This document shows, one piece after another, positions 42,630-57,600 of a stretch of 64,000 bases of DNA (position 1 is its first letter; each line of letters begins with the position of its first letter). A model generated the notes under the pieces. That model made no database searches. It was not told the origin of the DNA and was given only the letters and a program-made list of their open reading frames with translations. Source of the DNA: Monocercomonoides exilis PA203. Lineage: Eukaryota > Protista > Preaxostyla. The stretch spans positions 558,001 through 622,000 of the forward strand of contig LSRY02000035.1 in the NCBI GenBank assembly GCA_001643675.2, written 5' to 3'. A program made the translations under genes and the position numbers.

Positions 42630-45600
42630 ATGGACACAGATCTCGAAGAATACTTCAAAACTCTTGATGCATTGGTCGAAAAAGAAATTAAACCAGATGT
42701 CCGTTCGGAAATTTTTGATGTCCTTACAAAGCTGTATGCAAAATCAGAGATCATAAAAAGCTCACAGAAATTACCAAATATGATTGAGCGACTATGTAAG
42801 TATCTAAAAATTTTACATCAAAGCAAAAATCCATTACGATCAGAATTTCAAAAAATTGTAATCGAGTTTTTATTGAGTTTAAAATTAAATGCTCATGAGG
42901 ACATCAAAGAACAATTGCAACAACTTTCTGACTGCATGTGCGATGTATTTTTAGATGATTATGATCAAACTTGCAAATGTCCTATTCGAGCTTTTGAATT
43001 ACTCAGATCTATTAATACAACTGACTCGATTCAACCTTACATGAAAAAACTTTTGTCAATTTATGACAGATTGGATGTATGCCATTTTTCTTTGAAATTA
43101 TAACATCAATTAAAATTTCATTAAACTATTCGTTAACACGAATTTATTTTTATTAAATGTATATTATTTATCTTTTCGTCATCGCTTTATAGTCAAAAGA
43201 ATCAGGAGCGCTTTCAAAATCAACAATTGATCTTTTGAAAGAATTTCCCTACGAACTTGAAAGGTTCTTCAAGCAATCTCCAAAAGATTTGCTACCGTTA
43301 CTACCGTTTATACGAAATGTGATTAAAGTCATTCCGGAAAGCGCAATAAATGCTCAACTTCGATCTCATTTCATGGCACTTTTACCAGTTGTTTTTCGGG
43401 CACTGCCAAGTCCATTGGACGAGGCTCAGCGCAACTTGGTTGGAACTTCAATCATTCAACTTCAGATGGGTATTCGAACGCCAGGTAGTTTTGATGAAAA
43501 AAGCAAGCTGATTGAGATTACCAACCAACTCTTTTCGTCCCATCAAGCATTTGTGCATTTTGGACGAATAATCTTTCGAATGAGCAGAATACACTTCCGC
43601 AACGAAGGCATCGACAAGCTCTGCCAGCCTCTTCTATCGGATGCTGTTTTGCAGAGCCAAGCGACTGCCGACGGGGTGCGTATAACTGCACCAGAGCTAG
43701 CGGCGCGAGTGCTGGTGACATCGGTGGAGGCGCTGGCGAGCCCGACACGGCTGATGCTTGCAGCTCGCCTGGCGAACCAGCCGTATGTGGGGTATGTGCA
43801 GCAGCTGCTGGGGCAGGTGCTATGCTCTCTGCTGTTCTCAGCGGCGTCTGTGCTGCTGTTTGTGCTCGACAGCACGTCGTGTGGGTGGACAGCCGATCGA
43901 ATCAAAAGTGTCAGGGCTGCTGCAAAGAGGCAGCTGCAGAGCGGCTTCAGAGGAGGAAGCGGGGGTTTTGGTGCGCAGATGCTGTCTGCTGCACAACTGC
44001 CGCTGTCTCCCAGGCAAATGCAGCCTCAACCGCCAATTCTGCCACTAACATCGCCTTCTTCTGTTTCTGCTTCGTTTCCGTCTGCTTCTTCTTCAACTGC
44101 ATCTTCCTCTGCGATTCTTCCTTCTTCTTTCCCTTCATTTGCTCCGATGCAGCCCATTCATCCTCTTCAAAGGCCTCCCGCAAAGCAACCCTTTTCACTT
44201 GCCAACTCTGCATTTTCTCCTTCGCCTCAGCCATTTTGCCTCTTTCCTTCTCCTTCTTCTGCAATTCCTGTGCAAAATGCAGCACAAACAGGCTTTTCTG
44301 CCCAGAAACAACTGGGCCCTTCATACCCCCAGCCTTCTCAGAGCACAACAAGCTCAGTTCCACCATTGCAAATGTCTCCTCTTTCTTCTTCTTCTTCTCT
44401 GCCATCTTCTTCTTCCTCGTCTTCATCTCCTTCTTCTTCAGCCTCGATGAAGCCTCTTCCTTCGCCTAAGCAAGCCGCTTTTGGCCTGCCTCCTATTCTT
44501 GCACCGACTGCTTTTATTCCATCTGCTGCTGGCCATATTCCGATCTCATCAACAACTTCTTCCTCTCCTTCTTCTTCAAATGCTTCTCTCCCCAGCTCTT
44601 ATTCTTCTTCTGCTTTGCCATCTTTCCCATCGAATCTGCCATCATCATCATCTTCTTCTTCATTCATCACCCCTACTCAATCAACTCTTTATCCAACAAC
44701 AACAGCAATAACAAAAACTTCTTCCTCATCTTCTTCCTCTTCTCCTTTCTCTTTCCCTTCTTTCCTCAACTCCGACGACCAGCTCATCGAAGAGCTGCGC
44801 TTTGCCCTGTCTGAGTGGTGCCGGCGGATGATGCTGCCTTTTCTGCTCTCTTCGCTTGTCTCTCTCTTCTCAGCGTGTGTGGAAAGGCAGCTCATAACAG
44901 AGCAGGCAGACAACTGCGCCATCGGCTACTTCACAGACACGGCAGAGTACGAGTCGATAAATGGATCAGTTACACAGAATTTATCTGCTCCTTCACATGC
45001 TTCTTCTTCAAATTCTTCACCTTTGTCATCATCATCACCTTCTTCTTCTTCTTCTTCTTCTGGTTCATCTAATTCATCTGATTCGAAAACATCTTCTTCT
45101 TCTTCTTATTCTCATTCTTTTGCACAGATTATGCCACTGAAGTCATTCATAGTGTCTTCTTTCCCATACACAGAAATCACATACATATATCTCACTTCAA
45201 CTGTCAGGCTTATTCTCTTATTGTTCCCGTTGATTGTTTCCACTCTGAAATTGAGAGAACAGCTGAATTTGGAGTCAAAGACGAATTCTCGATGCACGTT
45301 GACTCAACAATTACAACAAATCAATGATGTTTCATTACAAACATCATCATCATCATCATCATCATCGCCAACAAATTCTTCTTCTTCTTCTTCTTCCTCA
45401 TCTCTTTCATCTTCACCTTCATCTTCTTCCACTACCAACACCAACACCACCACCACCTCCTCTTCCTCTTCATCTTCCTCTTCTTCTCCACATGCCCATT
45501 CCTCAACCATCGTCTCAGCAGAAGGATCGATTGCCTCCCAAAGTGTGTCTGCGATGAAAGTGCTGGAGCTGTTCTGTGTGAAGAAGAGCAGAAACGAACT

Positions 45601-48600
45601 TGTGCAGGACATCATCAAAGACAGCGACGAGACAGTCAGATTGGATGTGCACTTCAGCCGCCACAGCAACACATCTCTGCAGAAGGAAGGGAACAAGACA
45701 CCGAGGGGATTCTATCGCTTTGCTTCTTCTATTGCTTCTGCAGACACATCACAACATAATACCATTTCATCATCATCATCATCATCATCATCCTCTTCCT
45801 CTAATTCTTCTTCGCCATCATCATCATCATCATCTTCTTCATTCCAGTGTATTCCAACTCATTCTTCATACATAGCACCAACCCCAATCACACAAATAAC
45901 CATTCCTTCGATGCATTCTCCCCTGTCAAAATCAGATTCTATCTCATCTTCTCATTCCTCTTCATTCACAAACACTTCTTTTTCTGAATCTGCCTCTGCC
46001 TCTGCCTCTTCTTCTTCTTCTTCCTCCTCCTCACCCCTTTCCTCCTCACTTCACAAGCCTTCCACATCACTCATTCAAACACATTCACAATCATCAACAC
46101 AACATTCACTCAAACCAAACTCTGTTGAGCTATTTTCACGTGATGAACACTCCATCGTGTATACCTTTGTGGAGTCTGCACTCAAATACAGCTGTCTGCT
46201 CAGCAGCCGAAAGAGCTACAATTTTGCGCTGGCTGATCTGTTGCGTGCCTTCATGTTCAGCGGAGAAGAGATGGTGGCTGCCCTTTGCCAGCCAGAGCGA
46301 CTGGAGTGGATGCTTTCTCTTGTGGACGCATGCGCAGGAAGAGGAAAAGCACCAACAACTCGACTGACACAGCAGATGCAGCTGGACAAGAAGAACACGC
46401 AAAGAGAGAAGGAAGACCAGTCTGCAAAGAAAAGACCTGCCCAGTTCGCAAAGGAGCGTGTGCTAACGCAGATCTTCCTTCTTTCCAATGTTAACAGCGC
46501 CCTTCAGCCACCTTCTCCTTTTTGTCCTCTCTCGCCTTTTTCGCTGACTGCCTCAGACGACCCAGCTGGTGCTGTGTTTTTGGTGCGGCTGTTCCAATAC
46601 AATCCGAACGATTCTCTGAGCACGAAGTATTTTGAGTCATTAATCCACTTCATCATTCAGCAGTGGAGTCGGACGGGGCGTTGGACGATGGCTCAGATAA
46701 TGCTGCTGCGAATGTGGATGCAGACTCCGCTAATAAGTGCGATGGCCAAGATGATTGCGCCGATTGTTGATTTGGCGCTGCAGCGGTGTGTTTTGAGTGC
46801 AGCTGGCCCTCTCTGCGCAGACGATGTGGACATGCTGGTGTTTCTGCGCGATCTCCTAGCGCTTTCTGAGAGCGAGGCTGTTTTGTGCAGCTTTTGCAAG
46901 TCGGCAAAGGCGAAGCAGAAAAACTCTGTGTTGTCTACAGCAGCAGCAACAAACGAGCACGAGAGCAACTCAAAACAGCAGAAGCAGACAACACTGAAGG
47001 AAGCGACTTTATCTTTTGAATCGAGTCTTCCTTTGCCTCCTCAGCAGCAAGAACTTCCAATCATCTGCACACATTTTGAATACAAAAGACACATAAAATC
47101 CCGTTCATTGATTTCTGGCGCAGCTCTTTCGTCTGACGCGAACGAAGAGACTTTGATACAGACACTCACTGAACGCATCCTCAACACCTCAGAATGGCCT
47201 GAGAAGGAGCTTCTCAGCATGATTCTGTTCCTTCTGCCGTTTTCTCCTGCAACTCTTAAAAAATGCTGCAGTAGTGTTGTCTTTGTGATCGCCTTGATTT
47301 TGTCCTGCAAGTCGATTCAAGGGATGTCTGTTCGTCTTGCTGGGAATGTGCTCAATTTCTATGCGAACGAAATGAGCTCTGCAGACTTGGGATCTGCAAT
47401 AGAGCAGTGTCAGGGAGATCTGCTGAGAGGACTGGTTGATCGGGCATCGAATGACGAGGAGTTTTTGAGGCTGTGGGGAAGAATGGGAGAGATAGCTAGT
47501 GACCTCACACACAGCTCTGTCGATGTGAAGATGCGAAGAGGAGACGCCAACTGGAGCATGTATTCAGAGGCTGAAGAGACAGGAAACAAAAGCAGCAGCG
47601 GTTGTTCAGGCAGTGTCGATTCCAATGGCGATGCTCTGCTGCTGGTGCTTGACTATCGCCCACCTGTTGAAGACAAAGATCTGATTGCTGACTCGCTGAT
47701 GGAGCAGGTGCAGAACTCTGTTCAGGATTCAGAGATCAACGAACAGAATCAGAGAATGCATCAGTTTCAGCAAGTGCTTCAGCAGCAGATGCAACAGCAG
47801 CAACGAATGGCTGCACAGCAAGGACAGGACAGAAACAGCAACATGGCACGAGTTATGGGCAGAGAAGGAATGCACGCTCTGCAACAGGTGCAACTGCAAC
47901 AACAGCAACAGCAACAGCAACATTTCCAACAACATGCACAGCAGCTTCAGCAGAAGCAGCCACCAAACGTGTTTTCTCAGCCACTCAGTGGCCAACCTCA
48001 AGCACAAATGTCAGCTGCAGCTGGTCAGGCAATGCGAATGGCGGCCGATCAGAAAAACTCAATGACGATTCATGCACACCAGGTGAGTGACATCATCGAA
48101 CGTGATGGCTCTGCTTCTGCTGGCGGACTGAACTCAGCAAATCGCATACCAACAGCTGGACAGCAGCAACCACAGCAGCATCAACAACAAATGCAGCAAA
48201 TGCCGCAGTCAGTCGCAGCGATGATGCTGCAAAACAAGCAAGCGCCGCAGATGAAGCAAGATGCCACAAAACAGGCAGCTGCTATGTTGTATGCGAAGAA
48301 GGGCGGACTGCCAGGTGGAGCTCCTCCGTCTCATTCATTTGAGAATGGAACAGGAGATGCCATACAGAACAGTCAACAGCAACCAGCTTCTTCTTCTCGG
48401 CACAGGCATCATTCAACAGGCAGCCTGTTTGAAGACTCTGAATCTTCAGAGAACGAAGCAGGCTCTGCTCACAAAGAGAGAGAACATGGAAGCGGAAGGA
48501 GCAGGCGCAATGAGGGAGCCAACGGAGCTTACTCAGATGATGATGTAGAAGGAGGGAGAGGAGCAGATATTGCAGGAGAAGAAGGAGAGGAAGATGATGA

Positions 48601-51600
48601 CGACGATGATGACGACTACTCACAGCGCAATCATGGCAATTCCAGCAACAAAAAGAAGCGCAGCCACAAGCAGCACAAAAAGAGCAGCAGAAAATCAGCC
48701 CACTCGTCTCATTCGCAGCACGTGGGCAGTTCGTCTTCGAGCGAACGAAGGCAAAAGAAGCGAGGGGCAGGAATGGCAGGCTATTCAGGCATCTCCTCTC
48801 AGGCTTTCCGCACAAACACACTTGCACATTCAAGTGCATCGCGAAGGATCTCATCTCAGCAGTCTGCGCAACGTGGAGGTGTTTCTGGCTCATCCTCCTC
48901 TTCTTCGTCTGGTACTTCTTCTTCTTCTCTGATGAACATTCAACAGCGAAGAATGCCAAGCTCTTCGAATTCACATGCACCGTATGATCCGTCTAAACAA
49001 GCCGTACCAAATGCAAATCCTGTGATACCTTCCTTTGTGACATTCTACCGCCAGCCAGATGTTTCCATACGCGCAGAATTCTTTCCAGACGAGTTTGTTT
49101 CAGATTCTGTGCAGGTTCCTCCATCTTCACAGCCTGTTTTTGCAGGCGGCACATCGCAGCGTATTCTTCTTCCAATTGAAAAGGGCATTTCGACAGCAAC
49201 AGCCGTTTTTCGTGGTTTGTCGCACACGACGGTGCACTTCTTTCCGGAAGGATCTGTTTTTGCCGTTCCTGAATCTCCAATAAAAACAGCAAAAGAAAAT
49301 GGAGATTTGTTTAATTCACGAGTGCAATCAACTACCAGCTATCCTTCACCTCTTCTGTTATCATCATCTTCTTCAGCATTTCCCACATCTTCGAATACAC
49401 TTTCTCACTTCTCATCATCATTATCAAAGCTATCTTCTTCTGAAAATTCCGTTGAAGTGTGTCCTTCCTGCTATCGCATCCACCATCCCAGTGAGAAGTG
49501 GATGGTAAAGCAGGCTTTACTCTTTTTTCGCTGTTGCCTCGCAGGCCTCTTTTCTGCAAATGTTGCTGATGTGTCTGCGTCTGTTGTGTGGACGAACCAA
49601 TCAGCAAGCACAAGAACGGCAAACAATGTGTGTGGAGATTTGGGCTCGACATCTTTGGCAACATATGCTGATGAATGCTCATCTGATGATAGAGACTATT
49701 CAACACCATTTCCCTCTTCTTGCTTGAATGGGACTTGCTCAACTAACTCTGCTGATGCTTCTGATTCGATGCAAAGTGCAGCAATCACTCCGAGTGACAG
49801 CTTCCAAGAGCCTCACTCTGTGCCTGTTGATACCGATTACCACGGAATCTATCCTCCGCCTCTCCCTCGTACGGACTTGGAGAGGCTGCGCCGCTCAGAT
49901 GTTTCAGACAACGTGAATCAGGTGGGCAAAGCACTTGAGGCATTTCATCTGAGACAGAAAATGAAAGAAAAAGCAGCCGAAGATTCAGAACTGATTGAGA
50001 GCAAACTGAAGGAAGAGAAAGCGCAACAAGAGAAAGAAGCACAAGGCGATCTCGGATTATTCGGAGAGCCACCGAAAAGAGATATGAAGACCATTACTTT
50101 GTACCAAACGCTATCTGTTTTGAGCGAATCAGAAAAACATTATCCGATCGTGCCATCTGTTAGTCCAATAGGAAGGAAGAGTGCATTTATGAAGAAAAGA
50201 GAAGATGCCGCATTTAAACGCTGTGTTGTTGGAGTAATTTGTGGTGCTGCCAGCTGCATTGACATTGAAACAAGGCACGCATCAGCACAGTTTTCGCGCG
50301 AAATAGCACTCCATTGTGCTCTTTTGTGCGCAGCCAAGAACCCGATCGACTTGCGCATTGGGTGGAAAATCGGGCTGAGCTCTCCTCTGCCTCAGCAGGC
50401 TCGATCGCTGATCCGAAGCACATGGAAGGAGAAATGGAGCACTTCAAAAATAAGACACATCAAAAAGAAGATTGAGACAGTCGAGAGAACAGTGGGAAAG
50501 AGATCACGATCAGCATATCCGTTCACTTACCCACCAGTTGTGGAAGCACTTTATGGATATCTTTCTCAATATGCGAGTTCATTTTACAAAAAGCCAATCA
50601 CATTCAGAAAAGCAGATGATGAAGAACTGTACAAATTGATGTCTGATGAGAAGGAAGAAGAAGTCATCAATTACAATAACAACCTTTCAAGCATGTTCAA
50701 TTCATTGAGAAACAACAATAACAACCAACAACTTACATCAATAGAACCAGAGAGCTATATCGATGCAGTTTTTGATGCATTATCGTTGTCTTCCTCACTT
50801 AGACAAATATCAGCTGCAAGATCATCGCTTATTGTGTTCCTCAGAACTTGCATGGCTGTTGTTGAAAGAGAGACAGGAAAGCAAATTGTTGATCCTTCAA
50901 ACTCTTCTCTTCTGACACAAACATCAGAGTTACTTGCAAAGTCTACGAAGTCAAGCCCAACTTTGAATGAAGCCAATTCATCAAGCAACAAAGAAGTGAC
51001 TTCTTCATCAATCCCAACGATTTCTGATGAGAACAATCCATACTGCAATTGGGAGGATTTGATAGATGATGAAGAAGATACAACCAATCTGCTTCTTCCT
51101 CATCACTATCCTCTTCCTCGATACTCTTACATTGTTCTTCCAAGTAGTAGCAGCAGCAACAGCACACAAGCAAGTTATGTTGATTCCTCTTCATCTGCAT
51201 TCTGGCCACTTCCTCTTCCCGCTCCTCCGAGACTGACTTCCTTCAATTACGCATCATTTGTCCCGAATATTGCCCCATTTGGTGATCCTTCTGTTGCAGC
51301 TTTTTCGTTTAATTCACATAAAACTCCAAAGCTCACGCTGCGCCAATCACTTGGATGTCTTCCTTCAGCAACCTGCCATTCAGCAGGATCATCGTGTATT
51401 TGCTCTCAGCACAGTTGCATTCAAAACAGAGATGCATTCCACAAAACAAATGTGTGCTCAGTTGATCATCAGCTGGACGAACTAGGTGAAGAGATTCGTT
51501 TTGCCCACGAAGCAAGTTGCATGTGCAGTAGATGCACAGCCGATATTGCTGTAGATCCAATTGTATCAGAACGAAACGGACAGATGCAAACAGCAGAGTC

Positions 51601-54600
51601 TTCAGAAGCGTCTTCATTGAACTTGAAAAAGAGCCATTACAATTGTCACAATCACATTCATTTGCGTGAGTGGCTGCCGAGTGTGATGTATGTGTTTTCG
51701 AGAGTACTCACAAGATGCTCTTTGCTGTGCGGCTCAGCTTCTGTGATGGAGCGTCTGGCTGGTGTTGAAGGATTGGTCGCTCTTATCCACATTCTACCTT
51801 GGGAATGGCTGATTGTGCACGAATCAAAGATATTAAAGAGCCTTCTGAATGCGCTTGATAACTCGTGTCTTCCATTAAAAGATCAAGGGCCGTTTGACCC
51901 AATGAATTACTTTGAGGAAAGCAATACTCCTCAAATTGATGAGAAAGATGCTGATGATATTTCAAACGACACTTTCCAGAAGGAGTACGAAGATTATATT
52001 ACTGAGAAAAATGCCTTGATTTCTTCTTTGGTGTGCGATGATGATGACGGACTGAGCCAATTTGGAGGATCCCAAAAGGACGAGAGTGAAACAGAAAATA
52101 ATACTCCTCATTCATTTTGCAATCCTGTTATCAAAAAGCAGTTTTCAGACCGGAAACGATTTTCTTCTGTATTTTCTGAGCCAACAGCTGCTGATATTGC
52201 GGCAATTGGAGCTATTCACAGACTTCTTTCACGTTGCCATCCTCTGTCAGCATTTCCTCTGCATTCCAGTTCAATATTAAAGTCATACAAACAAGCCAAT
52301 TTCCCAACAGCTTCCGAAGAAGACACAGAAAAGGAACAAACAGACAATGAAGCAATGGAAAAAGACGATGAAGAAGAGGAATCGTTCTCCCATGAAGATT
52401 ATGGCTTTGGTGGCTATCCGCATTTTCTGGCCTTGAATTTTGCTGTTAAACGACTTCTTCTGGCTTTGTCTTCGCCTTCTCTGCTGAAAAGGAAAATTGC
52501 AAGAAAGGAGCTTTCGTTTGTCAGCGAAAGATGGAAAAGAGCAATTGAGATTAGCTTAAGCAAGCACTATCCAGCGATCAGTCAGAACGATAAAAAGGAA
52601 AACAATTCAACTCAGAAGAATTCTCGCAAAGTGTCTTTCAACACATTAACAGCAACTATTGAAGGAGACACGCTCATTAAGATTATCGGAAATATGGATC
52701 CATCTCTGATAAAGAGACCTCCAAGCGATCATGCTCCAATTTCTTGCTATCATCCATTTTCATTTGCAAAGGATGCTATCTCAGTCATGAAATCTGATTG
52801 GAGGCAGAAGTTTTCTTCCATAAGCGGAATGATAAGTGCAAATAAAGAGGTTGTCCAATTATCCGATGATTCGTCAATGAAATCTGAAGAGATTGAACAT
52901 TCAACAAATCAATCAATTTTGGCCAATGCAAGCAAAATAGCAAAACAGAGCACCGAGAACAACCTTATCTCAATCGAAAGAACAGGACTATTGTCTTCAT
53001 ACACCTCGCTGCTGATGCTTGATGTTGATGATATTTTGTCGAGCCGCAGCTTAAGTGAGATCACGCAGCTCTTTCGCAATGCAGAGACTTCCATCAGACA
53101 GAAAGTGCGCCAATGCAATTTGTATTTCCCAAGGACAATATTCACACTGTATGAGTCACTGCACAATGAAAAAGATTCTGACTCAGACAATTCTTCAAAG
53201 AAGTCCAAAGGATCTTCTTCGAAATATGCTGATCCAGTCGATGCATCAACAAATTACACAAGAAAGACAGCGTTGATGAGAGAGACTCTTTTGCTGGAAG
53301 CTTTGCATGCACTGCCTTCGTTTGCAGCTGAATTTTGCTCATTTTTAACTTTCATAAACGCCGTTTTGGCCAGATTGGAATCAAAAATGAAACAGATAAA
53401 CAATAAAAATGGGAGTGAAGAACAAACAATAGAGTTGTTTTACTGGAATGCAATGAATTATATTGCGATGTTTGCATGGACATTGAAAAAATGGGATGAA
53501 AAAACGCAATCAGAACGAAATGGCGCATCATCTCCCGTTTTAAATTGTCTTTTCACTTTGAAATCGACGTTGGAAGATTTCAATGTGAGCTTGAAAGATA
53601 TTAAGAGGCTTCAGAAACTTGGAAAGGAATGTTTAATGTTTCTCATCACAATGTTAGAAGATCCAAAGCAAAAATTGAGTGACGATCAACTGATTATTGC
53701 ACTGTGCTCAAAGGATATTATACGCTATTATCAAGATGGGTATGCTTCTTCCGCACTGCAAGTCCTTTCTTTCTGCTCATCGAAACATTTACTTCATTTT
53801 GGAGCAATTCTGCAAAAGAGGATCATTACTCAAGCAATTATCGCAACGAATGCCAGAAATGATACAATGAGAGACATATTTATTGAAATTTTGTCGTTTT
53901 GTGATTCTCTCACGCCAAGCAATATGAAACGCTTTTCTTCGTATTTGATGGATCTGATTGTAATTTCACCGAACCTGTTTTATGGTCTTGCTCATTTCCC
54001 AACAGAGTCTAATAAAGAGAATGAAAATGGAGATTTCGAAGACCAGTGGCAGGCATCTGATGACTTTTTGGATCGGACCAATTTGACTTTGACTGAAACA
54101 TTCATTCAAAGACAAATTGATTACCCCCCGCAACAGACAGATAGCATATTGGGATCGTTTCATGCTGCTTATTTCCCAATGCACTCAAAAAGCAGACTGA
54201 CATCAGAATTCATTGAAAGCACTTCGTCTCTTCCGTATTATGAGCCTGGGCGCAACAGCTGGGTTGTTTGCAGGGACGAAGCTGATGGCAACAGATTAGT
54301 TGGTCTCTTGCAGCAAGATCCCCGGGGAAGAATTCTTGATGAGTTTCCTTGGATGGACAACGCTTCATGCAGCAAACGTGGTTTTTGCTCTCATTGCAAT
54401 AAGAATCACAAACACAACAGACCTCTGCTGCTTTCAGGATTTTGCAAGACAGCTGCAAGTGTTTTGGAGCATTCCAGCTCAGATTTTGTATCACTTGCTC
54501 TTATAAACAGAAACAATGCCAAGATGATGCAGTTGATCAGTTGGTTGCTGCAAATTGATAGTTGCCCAAGCATCCATTCATTAATCTTATTGTTCATAAA

Positions 54601-57600
54601 AGAAGAATGGACAGTCACAAGTCTCAGAAGACAGCTTTCATCTCCGCTAAGCACAACATATGCATCTCCCATTGAGACACATGCATTGTCTGACCAGATA
54701 ACAAGATACGACAACTTCCATTACAGACGTGAGCTTGGTTCGCAACACAGGGCAAGCGACACTTTCATATCGAAGGACGAAATCAAAGAGTCACGAAAAC
54801 CGCCACCAACTCCGCCACCAAGGAACAGAATGACACCGCAATCGCTTAGCATCGCACGCTCAAGAACACCTCCTCCTTCTACTGGTGATGTGGCTTCAAA
54901 TATTCGAAGGATTGTTAAAGCAGGCAAGTCTGTTATGAATGGAATGGCAACAGAAGAAGGAAGGGTAACACCTGCTTTGATGAGGAATGTTACACTTTTG
55001 AGACAATCAACTGGAAATGAAGAGGATTCTGCTTTTGACAATCCAGAAAGCAGTGAAGAAGGAGATGCCATTAGCGAAATTGAAACTCCACAAAAGACAA
55101 AAAATGTGAGAAGGTCAAACAAAAGAACAAGCGAAAGAACACAAAAAAGCAAGAAAAATCGCAGAATTGAAGCAAAATCTATTGAAAAAACTGAAGCCAA
55201 ACAAATTCAGACAACAGCAAATCAAAACACACAGGAGTCTGAATACGAGCAAATGACATTTGAAGACAACGAATGCGAACTTACGAAAGAAGAAGAAGAA
55301 GAACTGGAAAAGGAATTGGAAGATGACAAAACAGCCGAAGAGGACGATGGCTGGTGGGTCATTGACGAGTATCCGCAACTCCATTTCGGCTCTTTTCTTT
55401 CTCTGAAAGACGATCTCTTCCGCTGCACCGCCCAAAAGGAATGGATCATCCAAGCAGCTTCCACAGGCTCACAGACGCCGTCAACTCCAGTTCGAACCTC
55501 TTCAGCTCCTCCTCTTTCGTTTTCTCCTCCTCTCACCATTTCTCCACCACCTTCACCAACCCCATTTTCTTCAGGCCATTCAACAACAACACAACCGGCT
55601 CTTTTGCTGTTAGACGACCATTCAGAAAGTTTGATTGTGTCTCCGATTGTTCCGTTGAACTCGAACAAGCTTTCGTCAATCACACATCCAGACACACAGC
55701 TGATCCGCCTTCCGACCGAAGACAATCTCTTCATCTTCAAAGCAGATCTGATTCTTTCGATGTTCCGCACTCATCTCGACAGGCTGCAGTATGTCCCGTG
55801 TGTCCTCCAATCAATCTTTGCTGCGCTGAGCGGATTTGCCGATGCACATCGTCAGAGCGCTTCATTCTACCTTAGCTTTTTGGTGTCACACGAAGCAAAA
55901 GAGAGAATTGTCCTGCTAGCACAGCTGTTAATTGACTTTGTGAAAGAGTCTTCGCAAAGATACACAAAATTGCAGGGAAAGAAAGAGTGGAAAGAAAGCA
56001 GTCTTCAGCTGAACGATCTGGAAATGAATGCGCTTCTGTCGCTGATTAGACTGATGAACTGCTCCTCCACCATCGACACCTCCTTCATCCTCCAGTTTCT
56101 GCTACTTGACTTGCCACTCACAGCACCCTTGGGATTCCGTCTGGCTGCGCTCAGCAACACAATTGGAGTGGCTGTTCACAAAAGCAACCCAGAGTCACTC
56201 AAGGATGACACTGTCAAGTTCATTGGCATTCCTATCTCAAGAGCGCTTTCACTGCAGAAAAGGATGCATCTTCTGACATCATCTGAGCTGGCTCTGATAA
56301 ACTGGTTTGTCAGCTGCCCACAGCAAAAGCAGACAAAAACACCAGCAGAAGGCATTTCACCCCAAACACCATTCACTACAGCCAATTCATTCCTTTCTCC
56401 TCTCTCGAAAGCATCGACATCTTCTCCTTCTTCTTCTGCATCTTCTTCAACATCATCTTCTTCTCCATCAACACATTCATCCACATCGAATACAAACACT
56501 TCAGAAACCACTTCTCCTTCATCTCAAATGACCAAACAAGCAAACAGTCCACACAAATCATCTAATCAGTCAGTTGCACTCTTTATTTACGAGTTCCTCA
56601 AATTTGGAAGATATTTGAAGCAAATAGATTTGATCTCACAATCCGTTGAAAGTGACGCATCAACTCCATCTTCTTTATCTGCTTCACAGCCAACCGGCCT
56701 GCAAAGCACAAGTACCTCATCTCTTTCTCCTTCTGTTGTCAGTAGCCCATTCTATGAGATTATGAAGAGCCCTCTTCTGAGAGGTGACATGATGGCCTTT
56801 GTAAGCGAGCTTCTTCTGATCATTCCACCGATCCCTTCCTCAACTGAACTGATTGTCCATCTCTGCTTCATCCCTCAGCAACCAAAATTCCCAAATTCAA
56901 CATCACCTTTCTCGCTGTTTGCCTCAGCTGCTCGCGTTGCCTCAGTCACTCCGAAGATCTTCCAGGAGTTTTTGCAAAACGTTCTCAGATCAATCTCGCC
57001 AAATTCTCTTCAGCACGAAATCGACATTAAAAAGAGATTCTTCTCTATCATCGGAGAATTGCCACTGTATTTTGCAAATTCTTTTCCTGCACCTTTCAAC
57101 AAATCATCTCAAACGCAAATGCAAAATGTTAGTTCTCCGTCTTCAACTGCCTTTACTTTTCTATCTGAAGCAACTCCCAGCAACGCCCGCCGCTCTGTGC
57201 AGAGTTCTTCTCCATTGAAGCCTTTGTCAACATCTTCGCATGTTTCTTTTCCTGCTCTGCCCAATCCTTCTATTTCTTCTCCTCAGGCAAAGGACTCAAC
57301 TACTCCCTCTTTGTCCTCTATTAACTATCTGCACTTTCTTGACGCTTTGTGCGCTGGAGACAACAGCAAGTCATCACACTCGGTGAGAGCTATTGTTGCT
57401 GCACTGTATTCTGTTTATGGTGTGCCAGGCGAGTTTTTGAGCGAAGAGGAGCTGGCTGCAAAACTTGACGTTACACCATCACTTGATCGTTTGCTGTCGA
57501 ATTTGACAAACACACCACAGGAACAGTTCGCACAGATATTGGGTGTTCAGCCACAGCAGCACTCTGACTCGTCTACATCGTCGTCGGCAAAGACTGATGG

